Assembly: GCA_964016885.1 (NCBI GenBank)
Contig: OZ024740.1
Span: 49,476,001 to 49,540,000 of the forward strand
Direction: 5' to 3'
DNA: 64,000 nt
Source: Eledone cirrhosa
Lineage: Eukaryota
Below, piece by piece: positions 1 through 15,169 of the stretch; positions within the stretch are counted from its first letter, which is position 1, and each line of letters opens with the position of its first letter. The position numbers and the translations under genes are program-made. The notes below the pieces were generated by a model. That model saw nothing but the letters and a program-made list of their open reading frames with translations, did not search any database and was not told where the DNA came from.

Positions 1-1971
1 GCGTGTCAGAAAATGAACAACCATAGTTTATGGTTCATCTGGTGAACTGGAATTTGAAAAGATATCATTTATGATAAAACATACATCACTCCAGCCTTGC
101 ATTAGCAACTTCTATTGTATCTTATCGATCTTATCCCCAAATTATGACGTATAACTTTAGTTGTGTATGATTTATCAATCGATCGATTCTTCATACATTT
201 TCAACACGTTCGTCATTAAAGATAAACAAGAAACATTCACCTAGCTTTTTCAGTCGATAACAGAAAAGCTGAAGTTGGACATTGTAATGATATTAAAATA
301 ATTGGATTCTATACTCAAACTCTAATCTTTCTTTTGTTTCTTGCTTTCCAAACAAATAACATTCTTTGTAATAATATTCTTTTGTAAAAAGCTTCATTGT
401 TTTATTTTGCCACAAAATAATTTCTGTTTCAAACCCAAATATTATATACACAAACAGCATTAACAATACTAATAATATGCTAATAATGATGATCTCTTAA
501 TTAATCATAAGGGTCATACAAATAAATAGTAAACATTTATTAATAAAAGCCGAAATAAAAGGCAAACAATAATGTGAAGAACAAGTTTTATGAAATATTT
601 ATATCAAAGGTGGTCTGTTAAATGTGACGTCACATTTTACATCATGTCAATGACAATGGCAAATTGTGCAATTTTCCCTTTCAAGCTAGAATCTAACAAA
701 CAGTATAATGTCTGCAAGTGACGTTCTGTACAAACACCTTGTTGATCTATATTTCAACATTACTTCCTGTTTTCTTTTCTTTTTATGTTTTTATTTCTAA
801 AATCACGCTCATTCTCCTCTCTTTTTTCACCCTCTCTTTCTTTTTCTCCCTCTCTTGCTTTCTCTCCCTTACACACACACTCTCGTTCTCTCCCAATGCC
901 TCTTATAACACAATATTCTGTGATGTTAACACACATCACTCACATACTGCCAGCCGACATTTTACAACCCATGACCATAAAACTAATGGTCTATTACCAA
1001 CAAAAGCAACTGCAGTTTTACACACGTTGGCGAGTACACACAACATCACACATATAAACATGTTTCAACCCCCTCTAAGAAGGTATATTTAGATTCAATG
1101 CACGGACAACTTTTACAAGGTAGGTTCCATGTTTGTTGATAATGTTGTTAGCCATAGGCCAGTCTTAATTAAATAGACTTATAACCAAAGACATTCCAAA
1201 CACAATTATCATGCGTTCTTGTGTATCTAGGAATAAATTGTCTCATGTTTCTTTCCTATTATATTTTTTGAGAGAATTTGGCTGCTATTTCTAGCAGATA
1301 CAGCGACTACGTATAGGATCCTTACTTGGCTCATTGATAGCAATTTAATCTGATATGGTGATAGCTCATGCATCACTTAACCCTTAGTATCCTGTCTATG
1401 TAACGTTACACATATACACTCACACACACGCGTACGCATACACACAAATACACATACACACGTAAACCATATATACATTCATATATTCATAAATCATATT
1501 GCATCAAAGTATTTTTCGTATCACATTAACAACGTTTATAAGACGATAAAGGTTTTTCGTTAATATTCTTCGAAATACTCGAGTTATAATGAAGCAAAGA
1601 AGAAATTGGAATGAAGTCAGTTAAAATGGTGACCAGATTAAAGTCTAAACAACACTAAAAGATACGCACATAAGAGAAAACATCTTCTACCATTCACAGT
1701 TCATGGATTTACAACCATTAAAAAGAATGAAGGCGAAAACTATTATTAGAACAATGTAAGGCACAAAACCAATATGTCGTGGAGGAAAGTCAATTAAATG
1801 CATTCCAATATATGACCAGTAGAAGGATGGAAGGCAATATTGACCTCGGGAAGATTTGAACTCTCATAGTAGAGGACTATGACAAAATACTGTAATGCAT
1901 TTCATCCGACGCATTAACGATTCTTCCAATCCACCGCTCTGGATCAGCGTGATAACAATAATTCGTAGATA

Positions 1972-2379
1972 CGGGGGCAATCCCAAAAGTAAGGTCTCCT
2001 TCCGATATTGCGACTTCCGATATTGCAACTTTTCCGTTAAAATCCCGTGGATGGTGCTTCGGGAAACCTCAGGAACCAAAATGCAGAGAGCATCCAGAGT
2101 GATCCGCCGATCTTTACGCATGTTTTCCTCGGAAGGAGACCTTACTTTTGGGATTGCCCTCGTAATAATAACTGCGCGAAATTCGTACTTGGTGGTAGCG
2201 TTCAACGGGAGCTCCATTCTCCTCGGCTGCCAAGCCAAGATACAGCATGCCAGCGAAGCGCGTGCATGATTGTTTGGGAGTGAAGGAAGCACCAATCACA
2301 ACAGTGTTGCCAACAGCCGTACGAACAGTTTCTCTGCGTCCCCATCGCTTTGGAGACCTTACTTTTGGGATTACCCTCG
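1972..2379 (-). mobile_element. Internally deleted mariner element (MITE-like) with an extra internal TIR copy
   Basis: TA-flanked TIRs cgggggcaatcccaaaagtaaggtctcc / ggagaccttacttttgggattaccctcg. A third TIR copy lies at ~2135-2164. The minus strand encodes mariner HTH-like text (KYEFRAVI; DRRITLDAL..VSRSTIHGILTEKLQYRK). Confidence 0.85.
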
Positions 2380-2848
2380 TACATTAGTAGATGCAGTCTC
2401 TATCGAATGATACAGCCAATTGTTAATTTAGTGGTGTGGGAAAATAGTAAGTTGGACAAATGTATGACATTTATATTCGTTGATGATCTTTTCTCGATAA
2501 CAGCTTATTTAAGGGTTCTCAACAAATTGATATAATGTACTCCTTCCCTCCACAGTGCAAATATTGCAGGGTTATTGTTTTATAGAAATGATACTTCATT
2601 GAATTTTCCTTAAAGAAGCTAAAATTGTTTGTTTACTTCTTTTATGGATCTTAAAACAATGCACATTGTGTTTTGAATAGCTTAAAGGCCGTACTAGTAA
2701 TGTCTAAACATTGATACGTAATAGACTTAATACGTAACAGTTTGATAGCAAAAGCCAGTTGTGTTGTTGCTTACTGGTTTTATTACGTTTGTCTCATACG
2801 CATTAATATTATTCTACAAGCTTCGGCATATAATAATGGTCCCTTACC

Positions 2849-2997
2849 CTCTGAGTTCAAACCTCACCGAGGTTAACTTTGCCTTTCATCCTTACGGGGT
2901 CGATAAGATAAGCCCCGGTAATGCACTGGGTCTATTTAATCGACTTTCCCTTCCCCTTTCCCAAAATTGCTGGCTTTGTGCCTAAATTAGAAACCAT
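2849..2997 (+). mobile_element. tRNA-derived SINE family A, 5'-truncated
   Basis: B box gagttcaaacc, core gcctttcatccttacggggtcgata, tail ttagaaac. Confidence 0.8.
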
Positions 2998-3402
2998 TTT
3001 TTTTAGAAGCTTTCTAACATGTAGAATAATATGTGAAGGCGAAAGCTTGTAATAGTAATGGCTACATGATAGAGGGATAAAGATCACAATATCAAACAGA
3101 AAAAATATCTGGCGTTTTTTGTTTTTAGTTATAGATATTACTAAACACTTCTATGATTGACAATTTAATCTGTAAGTGGAGGAGAACTATATTTCTATCC
3201 AAAAATAAATAATTAATAGATTCAAGCATTTTTCTTATAATCTTGTGACAAGCAAAATTATTTTTCTGATCGTTAAACATTTTGAAGGGCAGTCAGGGAT
3301 GAGGGGAAATATTCTAGTCTCCCATCTGTTTTGAATGCGGCTGCAGTCTTCTAGGTTCTTCGTAAATAGAGATATCATTATTAACAAAGTATTAGTAACA
3401 AA

Positions 3403-3592
3403 GGGCGATCGATTGGCAGCATCGGTAGAGGGTCGGACGCCATGCTTTGACGCATAGAGTTACGGCTCTTGCCATTCTGAGTTCAAATCCCGTCGAGGTT
3501 CACTTTGCCTTTCATCCTTACGGGGTCGATAAAATAAAGTACCAGTAATGCACTGGGTAATTGCTGGCCTTGTGCCAAAATTAGAAACAATT
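3403..3592 (+). mobile_element. tRNA-derived SINE family A, full length
   Basis: A box tggcagcatcgg, B box gagttcaaatcc, conserved core; attattaacaaagta occurs on both sides (probable TSD). Confidence 0.9.
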
Positions 3593-5011
3593 ATTAACAA
3601 AGTATCTCTTAAAGAGACTAGGGATGCTACTGGATAGTAATCTTCTATAAATACATTTAAATAGAAAGTGAAATATCAGAATAAGAAATATTCAAGAAAT
3701 TTTCAGATGATAGCAAATTATACTGACATGACAGCTGAAACTGTCATATATTCTGTGTGGTATTGGTAAAATACATTTAATAGAAAGAGAATTCATAAAG
3801 CATATTTGTAGATTGTGGTAAAGGCATTAATTTAATCTTGTTTTGAATATATCTGTTAGACACGCAGTGACTAACAACAGAATGTTTTAAGTCTGCATGT
3901 CTGACATCTGATCTGACAATATATGCGTAGCTTGTGAATAAAAGATTCAAGGGGTATCGCTGGCCGTGGCGATTCCTTCCAAACATGTTTTGTAATGTAT
4001 CGTCTTATTGGCTAATTTCATCGTCTTATTGGCTAATCAACCAACGCTCAAAAGCGTTTTATTTGCACGTTTATTTATCGTTTCGCTTTCGAATTTCTCT
4101 CTTGTATTTTGTCGTTTTATCATCAAAATAATTTTCTCGTTAATTTATATATGATTTTTAAAATTTATATTAACTATCTTTTTCAGTTCGTTATAACATA
4201 CTTAGAATATTGGTTGTATCATATTTACTTGTATATATGTTCATATTATTGTTCGTTTTATGTTAGATTATTTTATTATTATGTTAGACTATTTGTATGT
4301 AATATTTAATTTTTATTAATTCAACTATAACAATTATTATGTAAAATATATTTATTTAATATCTTTGTATCTTGTTCCTTTTTATATAGTGTAATGGAAT
4401 ATAGGCAGGGTTCGGATTGTAATACAAACTGCACTTTCTTTGTAAAAATTTGTTTGTAAGAATAATTTTTCTAAAAACTTTGTTTGTAAAAATTTGTAAA
4501 AATAATATTTTTTTATTTTGTTTGTACAAGTTTGTACAAATATTTTTAAAACTATCGTTTTTACAAAAGTTTGTAAATTTTTGTTTGTAAAAAATTTTAA
4601 AACACTCCAATATAGCGTATATTCAATAATAAATTGATAATTTATAGTAATCTGGCAGTCATATTATGATTGTAAACTTTGTAATTTTGATTGAAAAAGA
4701 ACTTTGTAATTGTAAAATTTTGTAATTTTGATCTAAAATAACTTTGTGTTTGTAAAATTGTGTTCTAAAATAACCTTATAATTGTAAAATTTCATACTTT
4801 TGAAATTTGTGCGCAAAAATATCAATTTTTAATTTAATGTACTTAGTTTACTATGATAGTCAACTACAGGAGTCACGTGCGTTTAAACATTTTTGATATT
4901 ATTAATATATTCGATCGCAAATTGGCGTATTTATATCTGAACATATGTATGACAAATGGTATTTCCTCTTATTTTGTATTTATTTAAGCTACTAATAAGT
5001 ATTTATTTGCA

Positions 5012-5787
5012 GGTTCGTGATGTATCCCGCAAGTGAATCGGGACCCGTCACCGATTTTGGTGTCCCCACTGCCGATATGAATGAGGAGTGCCGGACTTGT
5101 GAATTGGGTCTTGATGTTGCGGGCAGTTCATCTTCTTACAATCATGCGGTCCCACAAGCTTGTTCGCATTGCTGTGCCAATAATATGCCAGACATGCGTA
5201 TTAAATTGGACGCGAAAGCAGCTTACCGGATGCAGAATCGGGAGAAGTTGAGACAAAAACAGGCCGATTATAGAGCTGCGAATTCGGCTAAAATAAAGCA
5301 AAAAACAGGCCGAGCATAGATCTTCAAAACGGCATGAGTTGGCAAACAAGCAGGCCGACTATAGATCTGCAAATTCAGTCGTTATATCTAAAAAGAAAAA
5401 TAAGCCGAGCGTAGTGTTAGGAAACGTACCGAGTTGACTAAAAAGCAGGCCGAGTACAGATCTGCGAAGCGAGATAAAGTATTGCAAAGAAAGGCTGGGT
5501 ATAGAATTGTCGATAAAGATAATATACAGTCTTATCAGAAAGCTTACTATAAAAACGAAAATGTTCTTCGTAAGCGGTCTTTGCATCGAATAAGGAAACT
5601 AGAAAAAATGCTTGACTTCCGGATGCAGCATCAGATCTTGGTGCACAGATTTGTTAAGTCGTATAAAAAGACGATAATCGACACCAATCTTCGCAAGGAG
5701 GCACATATTTACGTGAAGAGTGTGTTCTCCAGATCCGTTGGTATGCGCAATTTTCTGTGTGCTCTTACAACGATAATGTATTATTAA
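5012..5787 (+). pseudogene. Degraded TE-like coding exon with ~15-aa basic repeats (KQADYR..N)
   Basis: Acceptor-like tttatttgcag ends at 5011. ORFs 5017-5319 and 5434-5787 share repeated KQA(D/E)YRSA units across stops and frameshifts. Family not identified. Confidence 0.45.
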
Positions 5788-6051
5788 TATATATCATGTT
5801 TAACTAGAGTTATTACAAGCGTTGCCTTAAAAAATATTAAACTAGACCTGAAAAATGCGCAAGCTCAAAAGAGCCACAAAATATTATAATAAACCTTCAA
5901 AAGTGTGGGACTAGTGTTGTTGCTCAAAAATATTGTAATCATTATCTATCGTACAATCTCTGGCATCCTTTATAAAAATATCACAATAAATACATCTATG
6001 TTTCATGTAATAACAGCTATAAATAATTACGCAATATTATTATCATATACT

Positions 6052-6124
6052 TCTGAGTTCAAATCCCGCCGTGGTCAACTTTGCCTTTCATCCTTACGGG
6101 GTCGATAAAATAAAGTACCAGTAA
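6052..6124 (+). mobile_element. SINE family A fragment
   Basis: ctgagttcaaatcccgcc...ggggtcgataaaataaagtaccagt. Confidence 0.8.
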
Positions 6125-6455
6125 TCTAATTGTGTTGAAAATTAATAAGATGCTTATATGAACGATCAAATCTATAATGATAATTTTATAAATATACTAA
6201 TATTAAAATAATTTAGTTATATATTGTTACATTTTCATCGAACTATAACATTAACAATCGTATTGTATGATCAAATTTTTATCACTGCAAACTTTCATAT
6301 TGGAATTACCTTAAGCCACTTATCATTACTTCGCTTTCGTACTTTTACAGATGTAGATATTCGGCTGTATCTTATATCTAATATCATGATCTCATGGTAA
6401 TTTGCATGCAGTGTAAAATAGGTTTATTAATAACTTTAATATGAAATGTATTATA

Positions 6456-6543
6456 CAGGGCTGCGGAGTCGGCCAGAAATTGACTGGCTCCAACTCCGGA
6501 TCCGATACTCCATTATTTCCTAAATTCCGGCTCCGCAGCCCTA
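6456..6543. mobile_element. Tiny MITE with CAGGGCTGCGGAG TIRs (hAT-like ends)
   Basis: cagggctgcggagtcgg ... ccggctccgcagccct. Confidence 0.6.
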
Positions 6544-7282
6544 TTATTATATTAATTTATTTATTTTATAGTTGTAAATCATGTTACACTCTAAGAATGA
6601 ACTAAGTGAAATAGTGTAAAAAGAAAGGCATGGTTGGTTTAAGCTAATGTTCAATATTTCATATTAGATGTTTAGTAATGATTAATACGAAATGCACTTA
6701 AACCGAATTCTATATTATAAATTCATTTAAATAATTATCGTGTCGTCTTGAGTTCGTTATGAGTCTCTTTTTTATAAAAAGATGCCACAGAATGTACGAT
6801 AGATAATGATTACAATATTTTTGAGCAACAACTCTAGTCCCACACTTTTGAAGGTTTATTATAACATTCTGTGGCTCTTTTGAGCTTGCGCATTTTTCAG
6901 GTCTAGTACACATATGTATAAACATACAGGCAAACACACACACATGGAAGTGTGTGTATACATATGTGTATATATTCAAATCAAGGGGTACACAGGACAG
7001 AGACAACGGAAAATTAAACGGAAAAACGGACAGACCCTTCTCATCAATCAACCTTGGGAAATCAATATAGTTTCAGTACATCAAATTTGATAATATTCCT
7101 TCTAGGACACACAACAAATCAGGTAGACACAGGAAATATTGTGCATTTCGGTGAATGACACAAATAAAGACGAAACAAATGCTACACAGCAAAGTGCATC
7201 AACTGAAAAGGAAAAGATAGATAGAAACAGTGTACAATAGCTTAGCAAAATGAGAAAAATAGAAGAGAGAGAAATAGAAATA

Positions 7283-7469
7283 ATTGTTTCTACGTTAGGC
7301 ACAAGGCCAGCAAATTACCCAGTGCATTACTGGTACTTTATTTTATCGACCCCGTAAGGATGAAAGGCAAAGTTAACCTTGGCGGGATTTGAACTCAGAA
7401 TGGCAAGGGCCATAACTCTATACGTCAAAGCATGGCGTCCGACCCTCTACCAATACTGCCAATCCACCG
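7283..7469 (-). mobile_element. SINE family A, full length with TSD
   Basis: Reverse complement of the family consensus; gagagaaatagaaataat on both flanks. Confidence 0.92.
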
Positions 7470-7810
7470 AGAGAAATAGAAATAATATTCATGGAATGCA
7501 ACTCAACGTACAGACAAAGAAAAAGACACAGAGACATAGAAAAGGTAGGAAGGCAGAATATAGGAAGACATACCGGGCAGTGTAACGTCTATTTGTAGGT
7601 TTAAAAAAAGACCCGGGGCTAAGACTTTCGAATATGAATCGAAAATGGGAGGTGCACAGGACAAAAACAACGAAAGAACGGACAGTCCCTTCTCGTCAAC
7701 TAGTCCCAGGAAATCACACTATTTCTCAATCACCATATTCTATGTTTAATTCCGGGTGTATCTTCTGTTTCGAATCTACTAAAGTTTTTAAATGAAGCTT
7801 GAAGTGGAAT

Positions 7811-7913
<103 letters not shown>

Positions 7914-9423
7914 CACACACACTTGTTTATATAATATACCTTACATTATTTGTTTCTGCGTCATCTTTACATTTTTTCCTCTGCTGAAGCTGATAAATAC
8001 ACAATTCTATACAAAGTGTTGGCGTTGATATTCCAATGATTAAAACAAATGAAAGAAATAAAAGAAACAGTATAAAAACGCCATTTTGTTCTAAGCTCAT
8101 GAGAAACCATTGAAATAAACGAAAAAGAAAAAATGGACACTACAATATATAAATTATATTGTTTGTAAAAACACAATAAAATAAAGACGTTTATTAGGAT
8201 AAATTACTGGTCTGTGGTTTAAACAGGAGAAGCTAAAATAAATCACTGGATAATATGAGAGAATAAATTCAATTATACGCTGTATGAATACGGAGATGAG
8301 AAAAACAATATGTTAGAAAATATGAACCATTATTAAATACAAAATTAAAGTAACAGATATTACCAATAAAGAGACAAATATATTTTGATATTTATGTCGT
8401 TAGCGCAGTGGATAGGCAGAATCTGCAGAAGTGGGAGGACAAAAGGTTTTACTATATGTAGTTATGGCTCTTTATGATCTGAGTTCAAATCTCACTAAAG
8501 TTAGCTTAAATTTAAACGCCAGTACTTGGCGGTTCATTTTATCGGCCTCATGAATATTAGGCATGGCAAATGACGTTTATCTCAACGTGATTTTCTGCCG
8601 ACTATATCCCAAATTTGTCTTCTAGTTCCAATGTTCGAAATTAATATTTACAAGGATCGACTGAAACGTTCATAGACTGACTATGAAGGAGTGATGCTAG
8701 AGCTGTGAAATCTTGCATGCATTAATTTTAACTCTTCTTATTAATATCTGCATTGTTTCTTTCCAGAGACAATTTTGAAAAATAAACCTCATTTATTCAT
8801 TCCATGAGAGTATCTTTGTCAGCCTTTGGACTTGTCAGCCAGCCCTTGTATATTGTTGTTGTTTTGTTGTTTTAATACGAGTCCAGCTCAGTTTCAGCAG
8901 ATCAATGATAAAAGAGGTTTATCGCTGTAGATTGCAATCATTAGACTGATTCAAAACTGTATGCGCCAATTTAATTTGTCTTAACTTCCTTTCTTGATTA
9001 AAGTCTCGCTGAGGAAATAGAACTTCATGGATAAACCACATAGGCTTCGACAGAAAAGATGCAATTTAGATTTTCATTTAAAACTCACAAATCAAGAATG
9101 CTGAAGTGTTTGAAATATATCAGCATATGCCGATGGCGTCACAGTCGCGGTGTCGAACACCAAACGCATTGAGATGATAGGCACCGTTCTCAGGGAATAC
9201 GAAGCGGTAATAGGAGCAAAGATTAACCAGGAAAAGTGGGTGTGGCTGCAGTTCAGCACCTGGAGAGGCATGTCCATGCCGTCCAATAGCGCCGCCAGCC
9301 ACTGGACGGACGGACCGGTTAAATTGCTCGGGGTCTGGATTGGAACGGACCTACAGATGGACAAAAACTGGGACGAGGTAACGAGTATTTCCGTGATTAG
9401 TGGTCTCCTCGGCCTCAGCACCG

Positions 9424-9569
<146 letters not shown>

Positions 9570-9587
9570 TATATATATGTGTGTATA

Positions 9588-9693
<106 letters not shown>

Positions 9694-9723
9694 AACCTAC
9701 AGTAACTCCAAGTTACACTCCCT

Positions 9724-9782
<59 letters not shown>

Positions 9783-9860
9783 TGCCTTCAGGCGCTCACA
9801 GCCATCTACCAAGAGGAAACGGCAATCAGCGGAGACTCCACTTCGACATTTTATAGAGGA

Positions 9861-11075
9861 CTAGCAGTAAAGCCCGGCGTTGCTCGGGGTCGCTCAGTAG
9901 CTGTGTTAAAGTTACAATGTTAAGTTTCTTTTTTGGCTTAAAAACTGTAGTGTCTACTGTGCAGACTTGCATGTGGTGTTTTTGATTAATATTCCCTCAA
10001 CCAACAATATGCCTTATGAAGTTAAGAAAACATAACGATAACCCGAATGCTATAACAAAAGAGGATGCTGGGGATAAAAACTGCACTGGTTATTTATTAA
10101 CAAAGATCGAAAATGTAAACACTGCAACGCAGAGAAAAACATTAGCGGAACCAAATTATCAGTTATGTCTGTCTGCACGCCTATATCACCTCTCTGCACG
10201 ACTGTCTGTCTGCACGCCTATATCACCTCTCTGCACGACTGTCTGTCTGCACGCCTATATCAACTCTCTGCACGACTGTCTGTCTGCACGCCTATATCAC
10301 CTCTCTGCACGACTGTCTGTCTGCACGCCTATATCACCTCTCTGCACGACTGTCTGTCTGCACGCCTATATCACCTCTCTGCACGACTGTCTGTCTGCAC
10401 GACTGTCTGTCTGCACGCCTAACGAAATTTACAGATACATATATTTTAAATAAACTTATATAATTTTTGCTTTTTTTTACGAAATATTTGCTTGTTTTAC
10501 GTAGTCTTTAAATAGACTTGTTTTCAAGTAAAAATATTGTTTTAAAAGGCTTTTAAATGGAAATGAAGCAAAACGGAAGCTTAGTGTTCGAACTGATGAA
10601 TTTTGCAGGTCAAAATTTTGCTGGCTCGACAACTGTTCGTGTATTGTGTTAATGTCATTTTAAACGCTGAGAAAGCCAGCGTAATTTTTTTAATTTTTGC
10701 CAGCGTAATTTTTTTAACTTTTGCACGCAGAAAATGTAAACAGAACGTAAGACGCTACGCTGAATGTAAACAGAACAAAGGGAAATCATTTTTTTAATTT
10801 TTGCACGCAGAAAATGTAAAGAGAACGTAAGACGCCACGCTGAATGTAAACAGAACAAAGGGAAATAACTGATCACTTACGCTCAAACATCGATACATTA
10901 TATTCGATTTCGTCAGATAGGGCGGGTCAATTTGAAATATTTTTTTTCCGATGTCTTCGCTAGGGCTCAATGTACAAGTATAGCAATTTCGGTGCAATTC
11001 CGTGAGAGATTCTAAGAGGAGATGTGTGCCAAAAATCGATAGACAGACAGACAACCTCAGTTTTATATATATAGA
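9861..11075 (-). mobile_element. Non-autonomous Helitron nested in the LINE
   Basis: Minus strand starts TCTATATAT...(CTGT)n and ends with hairpin CCCGAGCAACGCCGGG then CTAG. It is inserted between A and T, and removing it restores the LINE frame FYRG-LVEDK. Confidence 0.85.
10166..10420. repeat. 37-bp minisatellite (~7 units) inside the Helitron
   Basis: unit ctgtctgtctgcacgcctatatcacctctctgcacga. Confidence 0.9.
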
Positions 11076-12236
11076 TTAGTGGAGGATAAGTGCGACGACG
11101 TTCTCGGGGAGACTCTAGGCATCGAGGAGGACTAACTGACCAGTCTGTTCGAGAGGATTTTCCGTCCAGAACCTATGGATAACTTCCAGATGTCTCTGAC
11201 CTGGCAGTGCTACCGAGGAGCTCTACCAGTTCGAGACAAGATCTACAGGCACGGACGCCCTGGCAGAGATCCGGCAGAAAGGACCTGTCCAAGATGCGAG
11301 CAGGAAATTGAAACCGTTCTGCCCGCAATTGTTCAGTGCCCAGGGGTGACCGACCTGTGGAATTATGTCGAACAGCTGCTGTCACGTGTGGGACGCATCC
11401 AGTTGTCAGCCGAGTCCATTGTGAGGATGACCTCGCCACCTTCATTTAAGAATGAAGGAGAGGCGGTTTTCCTCTGTCTGGTGGCTATGGCGAAAGAGAT
11501 AATATGGTGGACGAGGTTAAAAGGACGGAGGGCAAACACCTTTCTCTCCGTAAAACAACTCATCCCCTTCTTTAAGTATCACTTCAGAAGAAAGGTAAAA
11601 GTGGAGAGAGAGGTGTACACCCCAGTAAATTCGCTGAAAGGTGGATGAATGTGGCGAAAATGGCCCGAGTGAATGGGCCTTCCCTGTATATAAAACTGTA
11701 GGTTGAGGAAGATAAACAGAGGGAGGACGGGAACATCTACAAAACGTGTTCCTGGTGTTGAGGGTTGTTCTATCCACGGGGTGTAAAGCAACCCCGCAGT
11801 AGCGTTACACCCCCCCCCCTAATGTGATTTCATTTGTTTTATTTTTATATAGTTTATTGTTATTTATCATTGTTAAAGATTTTATGTAAAACCCCCGCCG
11901 TCACGTCTTGTAATGTCCCAAATAAAGGTATGTATCTATCTACCTATCTATCTATCTATCTATCTGTAGGTTGAGGAAAAGGAGGAGGAGAGGAAAGGAG
12001 TACAAGCTCTTCGTACTCCTGGAGATGAGGGTTGCACATTTTTTTTCGGGGGTATGTGTTACCCATATAAACTGTCTCCCTCTATTGGGGAAAATCGACT
12101 AACTTTTAAATTCCATCTGTGATAACATTTTACACGTTTTTATTGTATGTAAACTTCCCCCTTTGTATTTGTCCCCTTCCTTTGTGCCCCTGTGGCTAAT
12201 AAAGAAATATATCTATCTATCTATCTATATATATAT

Positions 12237-13361
<1,125 letters not shown>

Positions 13362-14295
13362 TGTGTGTGCGTGCGTAAATATAAAAAAATCTTCGTTTAT
13401 TTTGTCTTAATGGTTACACATTTTAATATTTTGACCTTTTGATCCCCGATAACGTAATACAGTGAAATATCTAATTAAAACAATTAATTCTACAAAGGGA
13501 ATCTCACCGTCAACCATTTAACTATCAACTTGATCTTTGCTTTTGTTTATTTAATCTTGTCAGTTGTGTGTACCATTCAAGCTGTTTACCATCCCGGCTA
13601 TCATACGTACGAAAGTCAATATACTAGTTTACTTGGAAACAGCAATTCTAGAAGCTGCCAGTGATGCATTTCAGTAAGCAGTTCAATTATTCATTCAATG
13701 TATTTGCTCATCAATGTGTATTGACTGCAACTGCTTATCAGTGTGACATTATGTCTACTTAATAATGTTGGCTTTTTATATATTTTAAAATAAATCACAA
13801 TAAATACTTTCGGTACTTCACTTGCAATCAGTGTGGTTTCTCTCTAAATCTACTCTTCATTAATACATTCATCCAAATTTCAAGACCAAACTACAATGTT
13901 TATTTAAATTGTGCTATATAATGTGTTGGTTTTATTATTGTATATTTTGTTTTAAAAAATTGGAATAAAAGCGTTTGAAATGGTCACTGTGACATCAGTA
14001 ACCGGATACAAACATATGAGTTTTGTACGAATGTGCATTATACCGTATTCACTCAGATGCTGATGTCATTTGATATGCTTGTTTACCAAAATCAATGTTT
14101 TTGTTTGAGATAATATAGGAGATTCATTTGGTCTTAGTGTGTAATCTCATAAAACTTTAATACAATAAGAAGTTAGATAATATGGGTGGTAATTGAAACA
14201 AATACTAAGAGCCATCTCGCTTAAGTCAATAAAAACCACAAATGGATAGTCCGTTGATTTCTGCAATGAGTTTCTTGTTCACTCATATATATATA

Positions 14296-14616
14296 CGAGA
14301 TGGGTCAGAAAAGTTCCAGGACTGATGTCACAAAAGATTTATTTCAAACCCAAACTTTACACTAAGAGTTTTCTCCTTCAAAGTAATCCCCCTGGAGTCT
14401 AATGCACTTTTCCATCCTTCTCTGCCACGCTTGCATGCACTCCTGCAAGGATTCTTCCGGGATCCTCCGCAGTTCCGTCGTCACGGCCTTTTTGATGTCG
14501 TCCACGTCTTCAAAACGGATCCCCTCCGGGTCGTACTCAAAGATCCATAACTCAGTGATGACTGTCCCTAGCAAGTCTGGTTCGGTTTCAAGACGCTCGA
14601 GGATGTCCTGGCACAC
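14296..14616 (-). mobile_element. Mariner remnant (3' part with TIR)
   Basis: RFEDVDDIKKAV...WQRRMEKCIRLQGDYFEG; TA plus TIR cgagatgggtcagaaaagttccaggact; same family as 26462-27090. Confidence 0.85.
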
Positions 14617-14618
14617 TT

Positions 14619-15042
14619 GAACTGGATATTTCAAAAAACGTTGCAACCGGAGGAAGACAGGAAGACGATACTTTGGTGCTATTGTTCTCCACGCTCCACA
14701 TATGACTTATTATCTTCGTTTTTTCGTTCATTGCCAGAGAACGTCTCTATGCACCACCCAAGAGAACATTAGTCTACGACCTCTTTTATACCATAAACGT
14801 GGTTCTGTCTTTACGCGTAATTGTTTTTCACCGCTCCTATTAATGACGTATTATTCGTTTTTTCCCGTTCTTTGCCAGCGAACGTTACCACGAACCAATG
14901 TATCGTCTTCCTGTCTTCCTCCGGTTGCAACGTTTTTTGAAATATCCAGTTCTGCGTTTACAGATTGACTTTGTTAGTTTCAGAAGATCCCGTTAAGGGT
15001 GAAAGCAGCGATTCTTTGCTTAAACTTTAATCTGTTATTTTA
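14619..15042 (+). mobile_element. PLE-type repeat with short inverted 5' segment (14619-14671 vs 14900-14952), ending in (TA)n
   Basis: The same 3' end recurs at 25027-25172 and, inverted, at 46834-46914. Confidence 0.7.
14976..15026 (+). ncRNA. Hammerhead ribozyme variant (CAGAAGA core)
   Basis: AGTTT-CAGAAGA-T-CCC-gttaa-GGG-T-GAA-AGCA-gcgattctt-TGCT-T-AAACT. Confidence 0.65.
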
Positions 15043-15045
15043 ATA

Positions 15046-15087
<42 letters not shown>

Positions 15088-15169
15088 CATATATCGTTAA
15101 ATATACCAATATTTGTTTCAACAATATATATACTGAATATATAAACAAATATATATATATATGCATATA

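Larger units (their letters stand above)
5840..6907. repeat. ~135-bp inverted repeat pair (5840-5975 / 6770-6907)
   Basis: actagacctgaaaaatgcgcaagctcaaaagagccac... and its reverse complement ...gtggctcttttgagcttgcgcatttttcaggtctagt. Confidence 0.8.
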
